A DNA stretch of 63,245 nucleotides, filler included, from Asterionella formosa (lineage: Eukaryota): the NCBI GenBank assembly GCA_002256025.1. It is 10 parts of 10 records of this genome, joined end to end, with 100 filler letters (N's around TTAATTAATTAA, not from the genome) between each part and the next. Parts side by side here need not be neighbours in the genome. Positions count along the whole stretch, not along the records: positions 31,722 to 37,950 come from NKIB01012776.1; positions 38,051 to 44,275 come from NKIB01012777.1; positions 44,376 to 50,600 come from NKIB01012778.1; 7 more parts are not named here. One strand, 5' to 3'. A model generated the notes under the pieces. The model was not told the DNA's origin. It was given only the letters and a program-made list of their open reading frames with translations, and searched no databases. Of the stretch, positions 36,110-48,302 are shown piece after piece; position 1 is the stretch's first letter; every line of letters begins with the position of its first letter. Made by a program: the position numbers and the translations under genes.

Positions 36110-37587
36110 GAACTCTTTTCCAACACATTGTGATGATCGGAAGTATGTACCAGGACACCATACACCTTTTTTCCAGACTTCCAGATCAGATCAATTGCAG
36201 CAAAATTGCAGTTTTTGGGGTACATACATTCCATCCTTATCCATGACTTTTGGCAACTCATTTGAAGGGAAAGGTCCCCTCGGAGGGAAAGGTTTCAATG
36301 AGATTGCATTTTTTCAAAGAAAGAAATCCCTCCAAAGTAACATTTGCATTGAGTGAACAGCGATTAATCACAATGAGTTAGAATATCCGATCACGAGCAT
36401 CATTTGTCAGACTAGGGTTGGCACAGACACACAAAAGTAATTGCTCGTGTTCATGGGCAAAAGCCATGATAGCCTTCCAAAAGTAACGTCGATAGGCTAC
36501 TATCACCATAGGAAACAAAGGCTCATAGTGATCAGCATGTTCCACCTTACCAGGAATTGAATACTTCCTGTCATATTCTTTTTCATCTACTATGGTTAAC
36601 AAAACACAATAAACCGCAGATAAGGTGATACGATCAAATTTCGTTTACGATTTCGTTTCCTTCAAATTGTCAAGAAGATCTCAGAATTGTGCACAATTCA
36701 GCCTCTTCATAATCATCGATAGAAAGGGTAAAGGAAATCAATTTCTTCACCTGCCAGGGTACCTAACCAGTCACCTTCAAAACTTTTTCGCAGTCATTCA
36801 GTGTAGATACTTCTTCAAAGGCGAGTTTTATTTCGTCCAAATCCATTTTGCAAGGGTGATTGTATTCCTCAAAGCCTGAATGCCTTTCTATGTAGGCAAC
36901 CTCGTTGTTTGCTGAAGCTGAAATGATGGAGACAATGTGGCCTCCCTGCATTATATCAATGATGATCTTAAAAGGAAAGGGAAGCGAACCCAGATCTTTG
37001 ACATCCATTGTAGTGAATCGAGTAAACAATCTTTTGATCTGATCGAAAAGCAGAACCCATTTCTACTTCATACGTCGAAGAATCAAGTCCATGGCATTGA
37101 CAAAAGTTATGAGATGTTTCGATTGCGAATCCAAAGTTGAGCTGCTCGACCACGAGAGAGCAGATAATGAAGTACCAAATGAACTGCAGATCGCAGTATA
37201 CAAATCGTGAACGTCGCCCCATCGTTGACAGTCTGAAATCATAGTTACGAGGTACTTGCAGCTGCTGTCATATTGCAGCGTACGAACCAAGTTGACAAGT
37301 GAGTGCGACTTGCCAATTCCATGCGGTCCCTTAATCATCATTCCAGCCGGACCACCTTTTTTGAAGGCATCTTCAACCGCTTTTAACATTGCCTTCACAA
37401 TTTCAGGGCGATATAAGATTCCCCGACTCTTGCAATCATCAAACCGCACTTTTTGGAGCCCATTTATCCAATAAGAATCGTCAGGGTAAAGGACGGGCCC
37501 AATAGGATCAGAAGGAGATAAAGGATCATCAGACGGAGGTAAAGTAGGTTCAAAAGGAAGCTCTCTTTGATAATACACTGTGATCAC
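36110..37587 (-). pseudogene. Crinkler/RHS-like P-loop NTPase + restriction-endonuclease-fold pseudogene
   Basis: Walker A GPHGIGKS, Walker B-like WVLLFDQ, SIISASANN, and C-terminal YVP..NCNFAAIDLIW....VYGVLVH (PD-(D/E)xK-like). In-frame stops at 37063 and 36763, plus frameshifts. Confidence 0.7.
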
Positions 37588-37950
37588 AAATAGTGATACA
37601 GTCTCATGTTTGGAATGGATGAACTTTGGTTCAAATCGAGTTATCGTTGATGATACATTTTCAAAATCAAATTAAGTGATGCACAATGAAAATTGATAAT
37701 AATAGCCCTTGGGTTAGTTGTATCATGTGCTCATGTAACACCCATCTCCCTAGAAGTGCTGGGTGCTCCATAGCGATGACACCTACATGGCAGAATCCCT
37801 TGACCCTAACCCAATCCTAATAGTATAGTGGTCTAAGCAGTTTATAATGGTCTCTAAACTCTAGAATAGATCCTTAGCACTATGTGTACATGATCCTTAG
37901 AAGGCGTGCTCCCCTTACCCTCCTAGCACCCCAAATTCTGAAACAATATC

Positions 37951-38050
37951 NNNNNNNNNNNNNNNNNNNNNNNNNNNNNNNNNNNNNNNNNNNNTTAATT
38001 AATTAANNNNNNNNNNNNNNNNNNNNNNNNNNNNNNNNNNNNNNNNNNNN
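37951..38050. other. Artificial contig linker
   Basis: N44-TTAATTAATTAA-N44. Confidence 0.98.
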
Positions 38051-38177
38051 CCACCTTGGATCCCTACAAGATCCACCACCTTGGATCCCTACAAGATCCA
38101 CCACCTTGGATCCCTACAAGATCCACCACCTTGGATCCCTACAAGATCCACCACCTTGGATCCCTACAAGATCCACC
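38051..38177 (+). repeat. 25-bp minisatellite (CCACCTTGGATCCCTACAAGATCCA) x5, running off the contig end
   Basis: Five perfect head-to-tail units with no spacers. A degenerate unit lies at about 38220. Confidence 0.95.
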
Positions 38178-38404
38178 CTTCTTGACCTTTCACACAGTTT
38201 GTCACTTGAGTTCTACACAACCTTGGATCCTTCTACAATCTGTAAAATTCTGGAAATTTCTAGTTTTCATTACCTTCCATTTAAGACTCAATCTCTTATA
38301 TATATCACTACATCATCAAGTGATATACTGACTGGAATCAATCGATTTTTTTAACTTCCATGTCATGACAATGATATACCCGGTATAACAACAACCTCTG
38401 CTGA

Positions 38405-38790
38405 CGACCTGGTGGTACCTGGTACCTGGTACCAGTACCAGGTCGTACCTTGGCTATACTCCGAGAACAGGGCACTTACCGGTACCTGGTACCTGGTACA
38501 GTACTTAATAACAACTGGTGCCAGGAACACGACTCAGACGCACCTCCGACGAAAAAATGGTTAGTCATCAGATCAGTTCTACCGGACAAAGTACCAAATT
38601 CTATGTAGCTCCACCGGACGATCGTCGGATAGCTTTTCTTTGAGACATGAACAAAATGCCTATTGCTTACCGGTGTACCAGGTACCTGGTACCATCAAGA
38701 CCAACACGGTGAAGCTATCTTTGTGATTTTCGGTTCAATTTATGCTGAAGATCACCTTTGGACGATTGTCTGGTACCCGTACCTGTAGCT
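38405..38790. repeat. TA-CCWGG-TA cluster with no obvious adjacent intact gene
   Basis: GGTACCTGGTACCTGGTACCAGTACCAGGT, TTACCGGTACCTGGTACCTGGTACAGTA and GTACCAGGTACCTGGTACC. Confidence 0.8.
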
Positions 38791-39839
38791 GCCTGTCCTA
38801 GATCGTAGTAGCATTCTACCAAAGGCTAAATTAATTTATGGAATCCTGTGTTGTGTACACACGGTTAAGTTTTTCGTGAGTTCAAGTGTGTGTGTTTGAA
38901 AGAATTTTGATACCTCATGTACTTGCGTCCTCACGAACACGCTTACACACCATGGCGTTTTCATTGCTGCAAGACTTGATGGCTGCTCACATTAATTATC
39001 CTCTTGGAAATCGATTTTTGCTTTCCATATGAATTATTACTAGTCTTCATCATATAATGATAGATTGTCCTGTACAACAAACAGTATGTGTGCACTTTTC
39101 GAATGATTCAACACAAACCTGACCAAACTGTGGTTTGTTTTTGATTGAATGCTCACTGTATCCAAATTGAATTTCTCTTTCCATTTGAATTATTCCACTT
39201 CTTTGTCATGATGAAAATGTGTTGAACAAAACTCAACTTGCTCAAGTAGAATTGATTGTTTACATAATCTGTCAGCTAATGACCCAAAATTATGTTTTGC
39301 TTTGCTTCCTGACTGCTTGCATTCTTCTCCTTCATTTTGACCATAAATTTTAACCGAAAAATCAAAAAATAATGCTGGTTCTTATTCATAAAAGTTGTTC
39401 TTCATGATGATCTAATTACATAAGCAAAATGCTGCTAGTCATTGATGGATTGGAATAACTGCTTAAATACTACCCATGCCACAGCCTGGTAAATTCTATA
39501 ATTTACTTATGTAGTTTTGGCAACTCAGGCTAATCTGAAGGAAAAATCCATCCAGATATCAAATCATAGTCACCAAAGTCCAAGGAAGCTGGTGCAGAAG
39601 AAAAGATGCAAACATCCAAAACTCAAGTGAGAAAAAATATTGCACAGCCATTCATCATAAAAATCACAATCTGCACTTACAAAGATTTGTCGAATTGCCA
39701 AGGTTGTTGGATGATGTTAGTTGTACAATAATATTATTTGAGCAATTTAAGTACTCTATTAAGGAACACTGAGGAAACAGAGTATTTACTTGAAAAAAAT
39801 CTAAATTGTTGTCATCGTCACTGCTGCCACATTCTCTGA

Positions 39840-40096
39840 TATCGGCGCCTTCAATTTTCGTTGTCAATATTAGTATTATTACAAATTTTCATAATTGTAT
39901 TATTTTTGTTGTGATAGATATATTTACCGAATAGCATAGCGTCATTTTCATTTTCCATGGAGAAATTCATTATTTCGACATGGTCAAGGCAGAAACAGCA
40001 TGATGCAGGATTCTCCAGCTGCGCACAAGAACAACACTGTAGCATTTAAAATACAGAAATAAATCGCAACATTTAAGATAAATAATTATATACTAG
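39840..40096 (-). mobile_element. Diverged internal fragment of the 11955-12602 MITE family
   Basis: The reverse complement aligns to about 12095-12362 (GCAGCTGGAGAATCCT, CCTTGACCATG, GACAACGAAAATTGA, CGCCGATA). Confidence 0.75.
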
Positions 40097-40400
40097 CTTC
40101 TATAAGGGCTAACTTCTTGGGTACCAGGTACCCTCAAAATATAAATCCTATGCAGCAATAGTAAAAATGTGATCAGTGATATGTATGATATTGCAAAAAC
40201 AGTAGATTATATATATTGGTACCCTGGTAGATTGTTGTTGCATCTGGAATGATAATGACTGTGACCAATAAATATGATGTTTCAAATGCTGCTTGTATGT
40301 AATATTGGCAAGGCTATCAGGGGGTAGTGGTTGTGCTCATCCACATAATTACTTCATAGGAGGAAAAAGCTTCATTCAGATAATCTATTCTTTTTTGCAC

Positions 40401-40526
40401 GTTCTAGTCGTTGTCAGCAAATTCTAGTCGTAGTCAGCAGTTTCTAGTCATAATCAGCAGTTTCTAGTCCTAGTCAGCAGTTTCTAGATGTAGTCAGCAC
40501 ATTCTGGTCATTGTCATCAAGTTCTG
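40401..40526 (+). repeat. 20-bp degenerate tandem repeat (approx. TTTCTAGTCGTAGTCAGCAG) x6
   Basis: Six phased units read directly. Confidence 0.9.
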
Positions 40527-40959
40527 AAAGTAGAATGGTAGGATTCCTATGTGGATTCCGAAGCTAGAAGACGGTTTGCTGAAACCATTCATGCATCAGC
40601 CAGTAAATCAGAGTCAAATGATTCTGCAAATCCTCATCGGTCAATAAGAGTAACCGAAGCTGCCTCGAATCAATTACCAACTTGTTCGAATGCCTTTCCT
40701 GCAAATATTTCCTTGCTTTGTGAAGATAGTTTATAATCTGCACCAACTAATCTTTAGGCTCATAGTTGGTTTTTCGATTTCGGTTCCATGTAGCTTGGGT
40801 GATTTCCTCGCTCAGGGTCTCCTTAGCTGCAGTAGAGTTTGCACTTTCGCCGGCCATTTTCCGTTTATGGCGAATCTCCTTGTGGAATGTGTGTCATGGA
40901 TTTTGCTTCTCGTCATGCCATTCTCGATTGAGAAGTTAATGCAAGGACGTTGGTCTCTT

Positions 40960-41170
40960 TGTATTCTGGTGGGTGAAACAATGTGGGTATGGTGATCATT
41001 TTTTGGCTTATGGACTTGGCGAATTCCGCCACCTGTTTGTGAACGTAATTGAGAAATGCGTCAGATTTCCACTGGAAGATGAACATCACCATATAGTTTG
41101 GCATGCCTGACATGATCATGGTGGCCATTGCTGCTGCGCTGTGCATGGAGTGGAGTCGGATGTCTGCAGG
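40960..41170 (-). mobile_element. Tyrosine-recombinase retrotransposon (DIRS/Ngaro-like) YR C-terminal remnant
   Basis: DIRLHSMHSAAAMA...FQWKSDAFLNYVHKQVAEF resembles the consensus HS.RSGAAMA...GRW.SDAFL.YIRKQV. Confidence 0.8.
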
Positions 41171-41964
41171 GTTGTGGCCGAGTGTTTTGGCACCTAACTA
41201 CTATACATATGAATATTTGATTAGCATCTTTATGCTTATAATGTTTGATCATATTGTTCTAATATTGATCAATAGTGACTCATAACGGTAACCACAAGTA
41301 ATCATACAAATACAGTAATTGAGTAACAACAACTCAAGTCAAAATCATTACTTCTCTTTGAATTTCAAACACTCTTCTCATGACCATGAATTACTAATTG
41401 TATTTACAAGACCATCATCGATTTACCTCAGCTACATCCTATAATGTGTATTTGTTCATCTTATAGCCACATTAATAACATCGTATTCCTATGAAAGTAT
41501 CTGTCCAAAATATGTGGAAACGGATTGTAATTGAACTACTAAATTTAGAATTGTTTCTATCTATCTATATAAAGAGTTGTCTCACACCGTCTCACTCCTG
41601 TTCACTCTCTTGTCTGCTGCTTCCCTGCCACCCCATTTCTGACACAATTGTAACTGCCCACTGCGGCCTTTCCCTTTTACTTCTCTGATTCTGAAGAATA
41701 AAATGATGTTGCTGATAGTGGCGGGTTGTTGCCTCTCCCCATTCCCTTGTACTCTGTATCAGAGCTTTCCTTCATTATTAGTATTCATGCTTATGTTGTA
41801 TCAGCTACAAAGCAAATACTTGTTAGTCATATTATTTTTATGCAACAACATGCAGTTCCATTCTGTTTTCATTTACCATGAATAGATGTTTTCTGTCACA
41901 CAGGTTTTCTCAACACAATGTAAACTCTACTAGGACAGAAAAATAGTACCAAGGGCAATTTGGA

Positions 41965-42250
41965 CAACAAGGATTTCTCTGAGGTCACTTGCTATCAGTG
42001 TGGCAAAAGGGGTATGTAAAGCCCAATTGCCCTGAAAGACCTACTACTAGGCCTACTGATCCAAGAAAATTGCTGAAAAGGTTGATACCAAGCGTTTTTG
42101 GAAAGAGATACCGCCCAAGTTTGGGGATCCTTAAAATATGCACAAGGATGGTAAGACCAGGTACCAGGTACCTGGCACTGGTGCTCCAAGTGTCGTGGTG
42201 GTGAAGGTTGCTGGACTACTACACATAACACTGTCACACAAACTGGCCAT
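41965..42250 (+). mobile_element. Copia gag remnant: CCHC zinc knuckle plus WHWC..C...W.TTH motif
   Basis: CYQCGKRG(H)VKPNC with a 1-nt deletion, WKEIPPK, and DGKT[14-nt insertion]WHWCSKC...WTTTHNT. Confidence 0.75.
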
Positions 42251-43610
42251 ACCACTAGGACTCCTCAAGTTACTGCAGCTGTGGCTACTCTAGCCCATAC
42301 TCTGCCACTAGCTACGAAGGAAGGAGCAACTGACAATACTCTTGTCTTTTCTCCTTTTGGCTATGTAGCTGCTTGTAGTGAAGAAAACGTGTAATGGACA
42401 AATTTTGTTGATGCCCTTAATCAAGAACAAAGCATGGCAAAGCAATCCAGGACATCATGTGTCTCACCTCAAACTGTCCAAAATCGTTCCCAGCCACTAC
42501 TCAACATTAGTGATGATACTACAGATGATGAGGACTTCGATTTGTTTGCTAGTGAAGCAGACGATGTTCTCGAAGATTATTATTTAATGCTTTGGAAGAA
42601 GATGCCATGATGGGTATGATCAAATTGTTATCACCAGATTGGTAGCAAAAGCGCTCTATATATTGTTTTTTAATAATAATATTCGTCATGTAATTGCTAG
42701 TGCAGCACATTGTGAGTATACAATGAAAAGTCCATATCAGCAAAAACTAAACAAGCAGGTCAGCAGCCCACGACGACTCCATGGCCTACATAAAAACCAA
42801 TACGATTGTGTAGTGGAAACAGAATTTACTATCTTCGTCACGTATTTTTCATTTATTATGGTGTGACAGTATGTCATATTCGCTAGTAAAGCTGCACTAT
42901 TTTTGATCGAAAATCAATCAAACAATCAAATCGCCATTGTAGATACAATGTAAAGCAGTAGTATTAAGAAGCTAAAAATGTATTTCTTTATGAACTTGTA
43001 GATGTGATTATCATTATGCCTTGTTGTGTTGTGTTGATTCCTGGCAGAATAGTGAGATCTTCTGGTACCATTGTGCTTGTTGGTTGTTGTTTGTTGTGGG
43101 CATTGTATGTTGTGGAAGCAGTCTTGTTCTTGATTTCGTAGATTTCATTACTGTTGCTGTGGCGCTCATTATACCTTGTGTTGGTTCTTGGCAGTGAGAT
43201 CTTCCGGTATCATTTTCACCTCGTTGCTTGAGTGCTTATTGTCACTTGTCTGTGCTGAAGACAGTCCTCTTATTCTTGATTTTGCAGATGTCGTTCGTTC
43301 CAGTTGTGGCGCTCGTGATAGCATTTGATGCTTCGGAGTGTGACATTTCCATTGCGGCACTTGTTTTGGTTGTTGGATCAAGTGAGTGCTGAGGTGCTTG
43401 TTTCAACCTGTTGATTGTCGTTTCCACTAGCGGCATTCAAATACAGACAAATCTTGGATCTATTTCTGAAAATGGTAGCACGTATGGCACAATGTTAGCG
43501 TACTTCGAGGTCAACAGCACTGTGGAAAAGCGGAGCAAAACATCCCAGTTAGCAGTAGAGTAATTGTCGCTTGAATCAAGCTCATCGTTGTGACAATCCT
43601 TTGTATATAT

Positions 43611-44275
43611 TGTTGAAATTGCGTCCCGAAGCACTCTATGCTTTCTAGTATCCTGTAAGGACACGTCAGGGACCAACTAGGCTGTAGATATGAACAACGA
43701 TGTCTCCGTGATCGATTGTAATCGTTCCTAAGAATTTTAATAGAATTGTGGGTTTATACTGTTGGTGTAGATTGTTTTCGAATTCTCTGGTACCATATTC
43801 TTTCTTGATTCATTCGATTCAATATGTAGTAGGTAATTTATACCGGGATTTTCTTTCCTAAAATATTTTCTCCAACACACTCCTGCTGGACACGGATGCT
43901 CACTTTGAATTCATAATTTGCTGACGAAAATGAATAAATTTCGTTCCAACCAGTGGTTTCGTCATGTAGTCTGCTAACATTGCATCCGATGGACAGTACT
44001 TGATTTGTACTTCCTTTCTTTCAATAAGATCAGTAATATAAAAATATTTGATGTTGAAATGTCGTGTGCGTTTTCCTGAACTTGCTTTTCCATTTGCTTC
44101 TAGCTTCATTGCGCTAGTGTTGTCACGGTAAATGACATTCGTAGTCACCTTGTGTCCTTGTGCTTCAATAAATAATTTCGTCCACAACACCTTTGATATG
44201 ATGTCATCGACACCAACCAATTCTGCTTCAGTCGAACTTCTAGTGTTCACTTTCTGTTTCGTGGACATAGAACAA
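43611..44275 (-). mobile_element. 3' end of a Ty1/copia element: RNase H (44275-43900), PPT and 267-bp LTR (43877-43611)
   Basis: STKQKVNTRSSTEAELVG, IYRDNTS, SGKRTRHFNIKYF and ADYMTKPL. LTR is TGTTG...CAACA. Same family as 12705-13170 with a different flank. Confidence 0.93.
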
Positions 44276-44375
44276 NNNNNNNNNNNNNNNNNNNNNNNNN
44301 NNNNNNNNNNNNNNNNNNNTTAATTAATTAANNNNNNNNNNNNNNNNNNNNNNNNNNNNNNNNNNNNNNNNNNNN
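44276..44375. other. Artificial contig linker
   Basis: N44-TTAATTAATTAA-N44. Confidence 0.98.
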
Positions 44376-45107
44376 ATGGTGTCTTTTGGAGTCTTGTCTC
44401 AGCAAGAAGCTCGAGATGCAATCAAGTGGGACATCTTCGTCACGATTGGTGCTGCATTTGGAATCTCTGCAGCACTTACCAACTCCGGCGTAGCTGGAGG
44501 CTTGGCAACATTCCTAGTTGATATCGGTATTGGAATTGGGATTGGAGGTGAGTCATGAGTACTGAAGATCATTTGCTGTGCATTCAAACTCTTTACTAAC
44601 AATCATTGCTTTTCCTCATCGATGACAGACGCTGGCTTGTATGGGGCCATGTATCTCGCAACCTCTCTTACCAGTAGCGTGATCACCAATAATGCGGCAG
44701 CTGCCCTTACTTTTCCTATTGCAATGGCTGCTGTTGATCAGACCGGTGTCAGCCGACTTCTTATGTCCTACATCTTGATGTTGGGAGCCAGTGACTTCAT
44801 GACTCCATTTGGCTACACTACCAACTTGATGGTTTACGGTCCTGGCGGTTACACTGCGAAGGACTTTTTATACATGGGAGGACCCCTTCAATTTCTTCTT
44901 TTCCTCTCGTCAACTGCGATCGTTGCTACGGCGTTGCCTTGGTGGCTCGCATGGTTTGTGACGTCGGCGATGTTTATTGTTGTCTGCATTGTTCGGCTTT
45001 CAAATGGCGCCGTCATTGCTACTTTTTTCAAGGGTAATGATAAGACTGGTACTGGTCGTGATTCACCTTCCACTGACGTAGGCATTGATGAACACACTGA
45101 CAAGTAA
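44376..45107 (+). CDS. SLC13/DASS-family (SLT-like Na+/sulfate or carboxylate) transporter, C-terminal part; intron 44548-44628
   Basis: AIKWDIFVTIGAAFGISAAL, VITNNAAAAL, and GASDFMTPFGYTTNLMVYGPGGY. GTGAG...TACTAAC...CAG intron restores the frame. The 5' part is off-contig. Confidence 0.9.
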
Positions 45108-45318
45108 AGATTATTGGACTTGACCAGGAATGATCATTATATAGTAATTTCATAGGTTCCTTAATATTATTCTTTGAATAAACATTACAGTGTGAATCAA
45201 TTTCATTCCAAAGCTACCGTATTCAAACTATTTCCAATAGATTTGCAATGATACAATGCTAATCTAGTTCATTAATTCGCTCGCTCGCATGTCTTTTGTA
45301 GATCTCGGTAGTTATTGC

Positions 45319-46469
45319 TCATTCCAAACTGTCTTCAGCAATCTTCATAATTGGCACGCCGTATCCGGGCAATTCATCGTCTTGATCCCAGGTGTAACCA
45401 TTTCCTTTCTCCCATGCTTCTTGAAACAGCTTCAAAACTTCACTTTTGGCATCCTCCACTGAAATAACCGGAATCCGAAAGCCCAGCCGGAACTCGTCCG
45501 TAATCAACTTATTTCGACGGGCTCCTTTTTGTGTTGTCACACGGATATCCATACCAAGACGATCTACGTTGGTCACTCGAATGGTTTCAATAGCATTCTC
45601 AACATCCAGTAGGTGCATGGCTGTCATTCTCAAGTCATCCGCATGCTCCCGGTTCAGACGGCTTACTATCTCGGCAGCTTCCTTGGCCAAAATATCAGCT
45701 TTGGCATGTTTGTATTCTTGAATGTCGACCCATTTGGCCAATACACCGAATCCACCTACAAAGTAAATTTTGGAAGGTGTCAATCTGTAAAAAGCAAATT
45801 TGGGCGAGTCCATGACTTGGTCAGCATAACTATGCGTGATACTGTATCGCATCCGAATGGCGTCCATGTCATCGTCTTTGGGATCGATCTTTGCAATGGT
45901 CCCTGTCACAGAGCATCGCGAAATGTCTTGACCAGCGCCGGCCCCGGTCTTGGACTGAAGCTGTGTAAACAGAGTGACCATCGCATCCTTATTTTCATAA
46001 ATATTCACCGTGTGCATGGACATTTCGTTCATGAGCAACACTGGATTCCCCTGGTCGTCTAAGACATAGTCCACGTATGATCCAAACGGAGATCCCTCAA
46101 TGCCTGCTGATGACGAAACTGTACATAAGGTGCCCGATGTGCAAACAGCTGTAACTGTTCGTGCCTTTTCATTGACATTCAGTCTAATATTGACCGATGG
46201 GTCGTCTACTTTCGTGGCAGAAGATCCATTGACTTGAGCCGCTACAGCTGCCAGTCTATTTATTGTCAATGACTTCTTTACTGGAAGGTACCGATGGAAC
46301 GCATGAGTGAAGGAATCGATGTGAGCACAATTTGTTAATTCAATTGCTCCATTTTGACCCATTCGTCGAACTTACATGATACCAGTGCACTAGAGACAAA
46401 CCCCGATGCGCTTGAAGCACTCAATAGTAGGAGAGAAATAGCTACTGTCCATCGCATCTTGAACGACAT
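45319..46469 (-). CDS. Plastid-targeted HugZ/PNPOx-like split-barrel + DUF2470 protein (heme/GluTR-binding-like), 351 aa; exons 46469-46376, 46280-45319
   Basis: Signal peptide ends in ASG-F. Motifs GTLCT...PFGSYVDY..D..GNPVLL...HT.N, IYFVGGFG and LNREHADDL...VDRLGMD. The 95-bp GTAAG...CAG intron is in frame. Confidence 0.85.
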
Positions 46470-46712
46470 GGTGAGCTTCGGACGTTGGTGAAAATGTCAT
46501 AAACAAACAGTACATTCCTCCAAGCGGAGGCAAGAAATCGTTCCCTTGCCTAACTTCAACAAAGCTAACCTAGTACCGCTACTCAATTCATTTACCCCTG
46601 CATACCGCTACCGGTATTCGAATATAGTCTTAGTCTATAGTACCAGTACCTAGTACCAGGTAGACAACGAGGTACCATGTGCCTGTTTGGAACTTGGTGG
46701 TATGTGTAAGTA

Positions 46713-47105
46713 CCGTATAATTCAGTATCCGCACGTGATAACTACATTATAAGCAGGATGGAAACACTGGAAACTACCCGGGGAGCTCGAAGACAAGGCT
46801 ACCTGTGCAGGACACCAACGGAGGTAATGCAGACTCTGCAGATGGTGAGAACACATCAAAATTCTTTGTTTTTATGAAGAGCGGTTTGGACAGGTGTTGT
46901 TGACTGTTGATCCTCTTCTGGAGCTGTAGTCTGAACAGCACCTGATCAGGCTGGTTGCCAACTGTTAGCAACAGAGAAGAAGGGACCCCCTGCAGAGGTT
47001 GCTGGCCCCTCCTGTACAACCATATTCCTGTACCCCTTGAAGTAAAATCAGTCAAATTCAGTCACAGCAGAGTACATTGCAGGGTCCAAGACACTGAATT
47101 TTATG
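46713..47105. mobile_element. Internally deleted and interrupted derivative of the 11955-12602 MITE
   Basis: TA|CCGTATAATTCAGTATCC at 46713, GGACCCCC...GGTTGCTGG...CCTGTACA at about 46983, and AAGTAAAATCAGTCAAATTCAGTCAC...GGGTCCAAGACACTGAA at the right end. Confidence 0.75.
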
Positions 47106-48302
47106 TTATACTATAGAATGATTCCTGATGGAATAAATAATGGTAGTCGACCGCACAGACAATTCAAACTATCATTTTGCTGGCATGATATGTATCATAT
47201 GACTGATCCCAGTATGCGCTGGCTGTGTTGTCTTTGTTCTCCCTTTGAATGTAATACAGTTGTATCATATGCCGGTCATAGAACCATAACAGCCAAGGTG
47301 ATCATAGCAAGCCTCGACTCTTGCATTCCTTGACATAACAGTATGATGTGGGAAAAAAGTGATAATCCTACTAGTACATTTTGACAGACCGTCAGTCAAT
47401 ACAGTACCAGGTAACAGATCTCACACAAACATATCACCAGCAGTGCACATCATTCATATTATTAAAAGTACCTGGTACTAGCTAATACCAGGAACCAGGA
47501 ACTGCCAGCTTCAGCTACAATTATATGTACTACCTTTCGACTAAAAATCTTTAAAAGTAATAAAACAATCAAAACTTGATGTGAGTACAAAATGCTCATT
47601 TGTTAGGCAATTCATTTTACTCAACTAATAAGTAATTAGTTTTGATCGAATGTATCAAGCCATGAAAATCTATTTTTCCAAAGGAATTTTTTTATCCTAG
47701 CACTCAACAGCCATCAGGAATATCAGAGACAAGCTACAATTGTAGTTATGCCTTTGAGGCTTTAAAACTCAGACTTGTAAGGGTGGGATAGATAAAAAGA
47801 GTTTAAGGAACAAAAAAGAAATGTCAAAACCACAACATAATCATTGCAACCTGATAACATAAATTTTCAAACATGAGACAAGAAAGTGGGCACTGATGGA
47901 TATGCTTGGTTTCGGCTGGCGTCTTCCACCTATTTATGGAGTTAGCAGCCACCTAATGAGTTACTATGACCATAACTATTCCTACCTGTGAGGACTAAAG
48001 GATGTTAGGACACCAATCAGTCACCTTTCAGGAGTATGTCAGTACGACACACCTGTACCTGGTACTACGGTCCGGTAGACCAGTTGGTTCGAATTGGTCG
48101 TTTTGCAATGGACGGGAAGCTCGCTCTATAGTAGCAACTTGTGGTCGTGTCATATATAAAACTTTCCGGTACTATTCTGTGTGTGCCATACTGTAGAACG
48201 AATGGATCGAATTTGGTTATCTTGAACAAGAGCAAACTGCACTTGAACGAGAAGCCCCCCATCATTAGCACCCTAAGCGTTCGCTCGTTCAAACATTTTG
48301 CC

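Noticed and set aside
37800..37822. CCCTAACCC telomere-like sequence near a contig end
   Set aside because: Only about 1.5 degenerate units, not an array.
38051..38177. Possible CRISPR array
   Set aside because: Units are head-to-tail with no unique spacers, the context is eukaryotic, and there are no cas genes.
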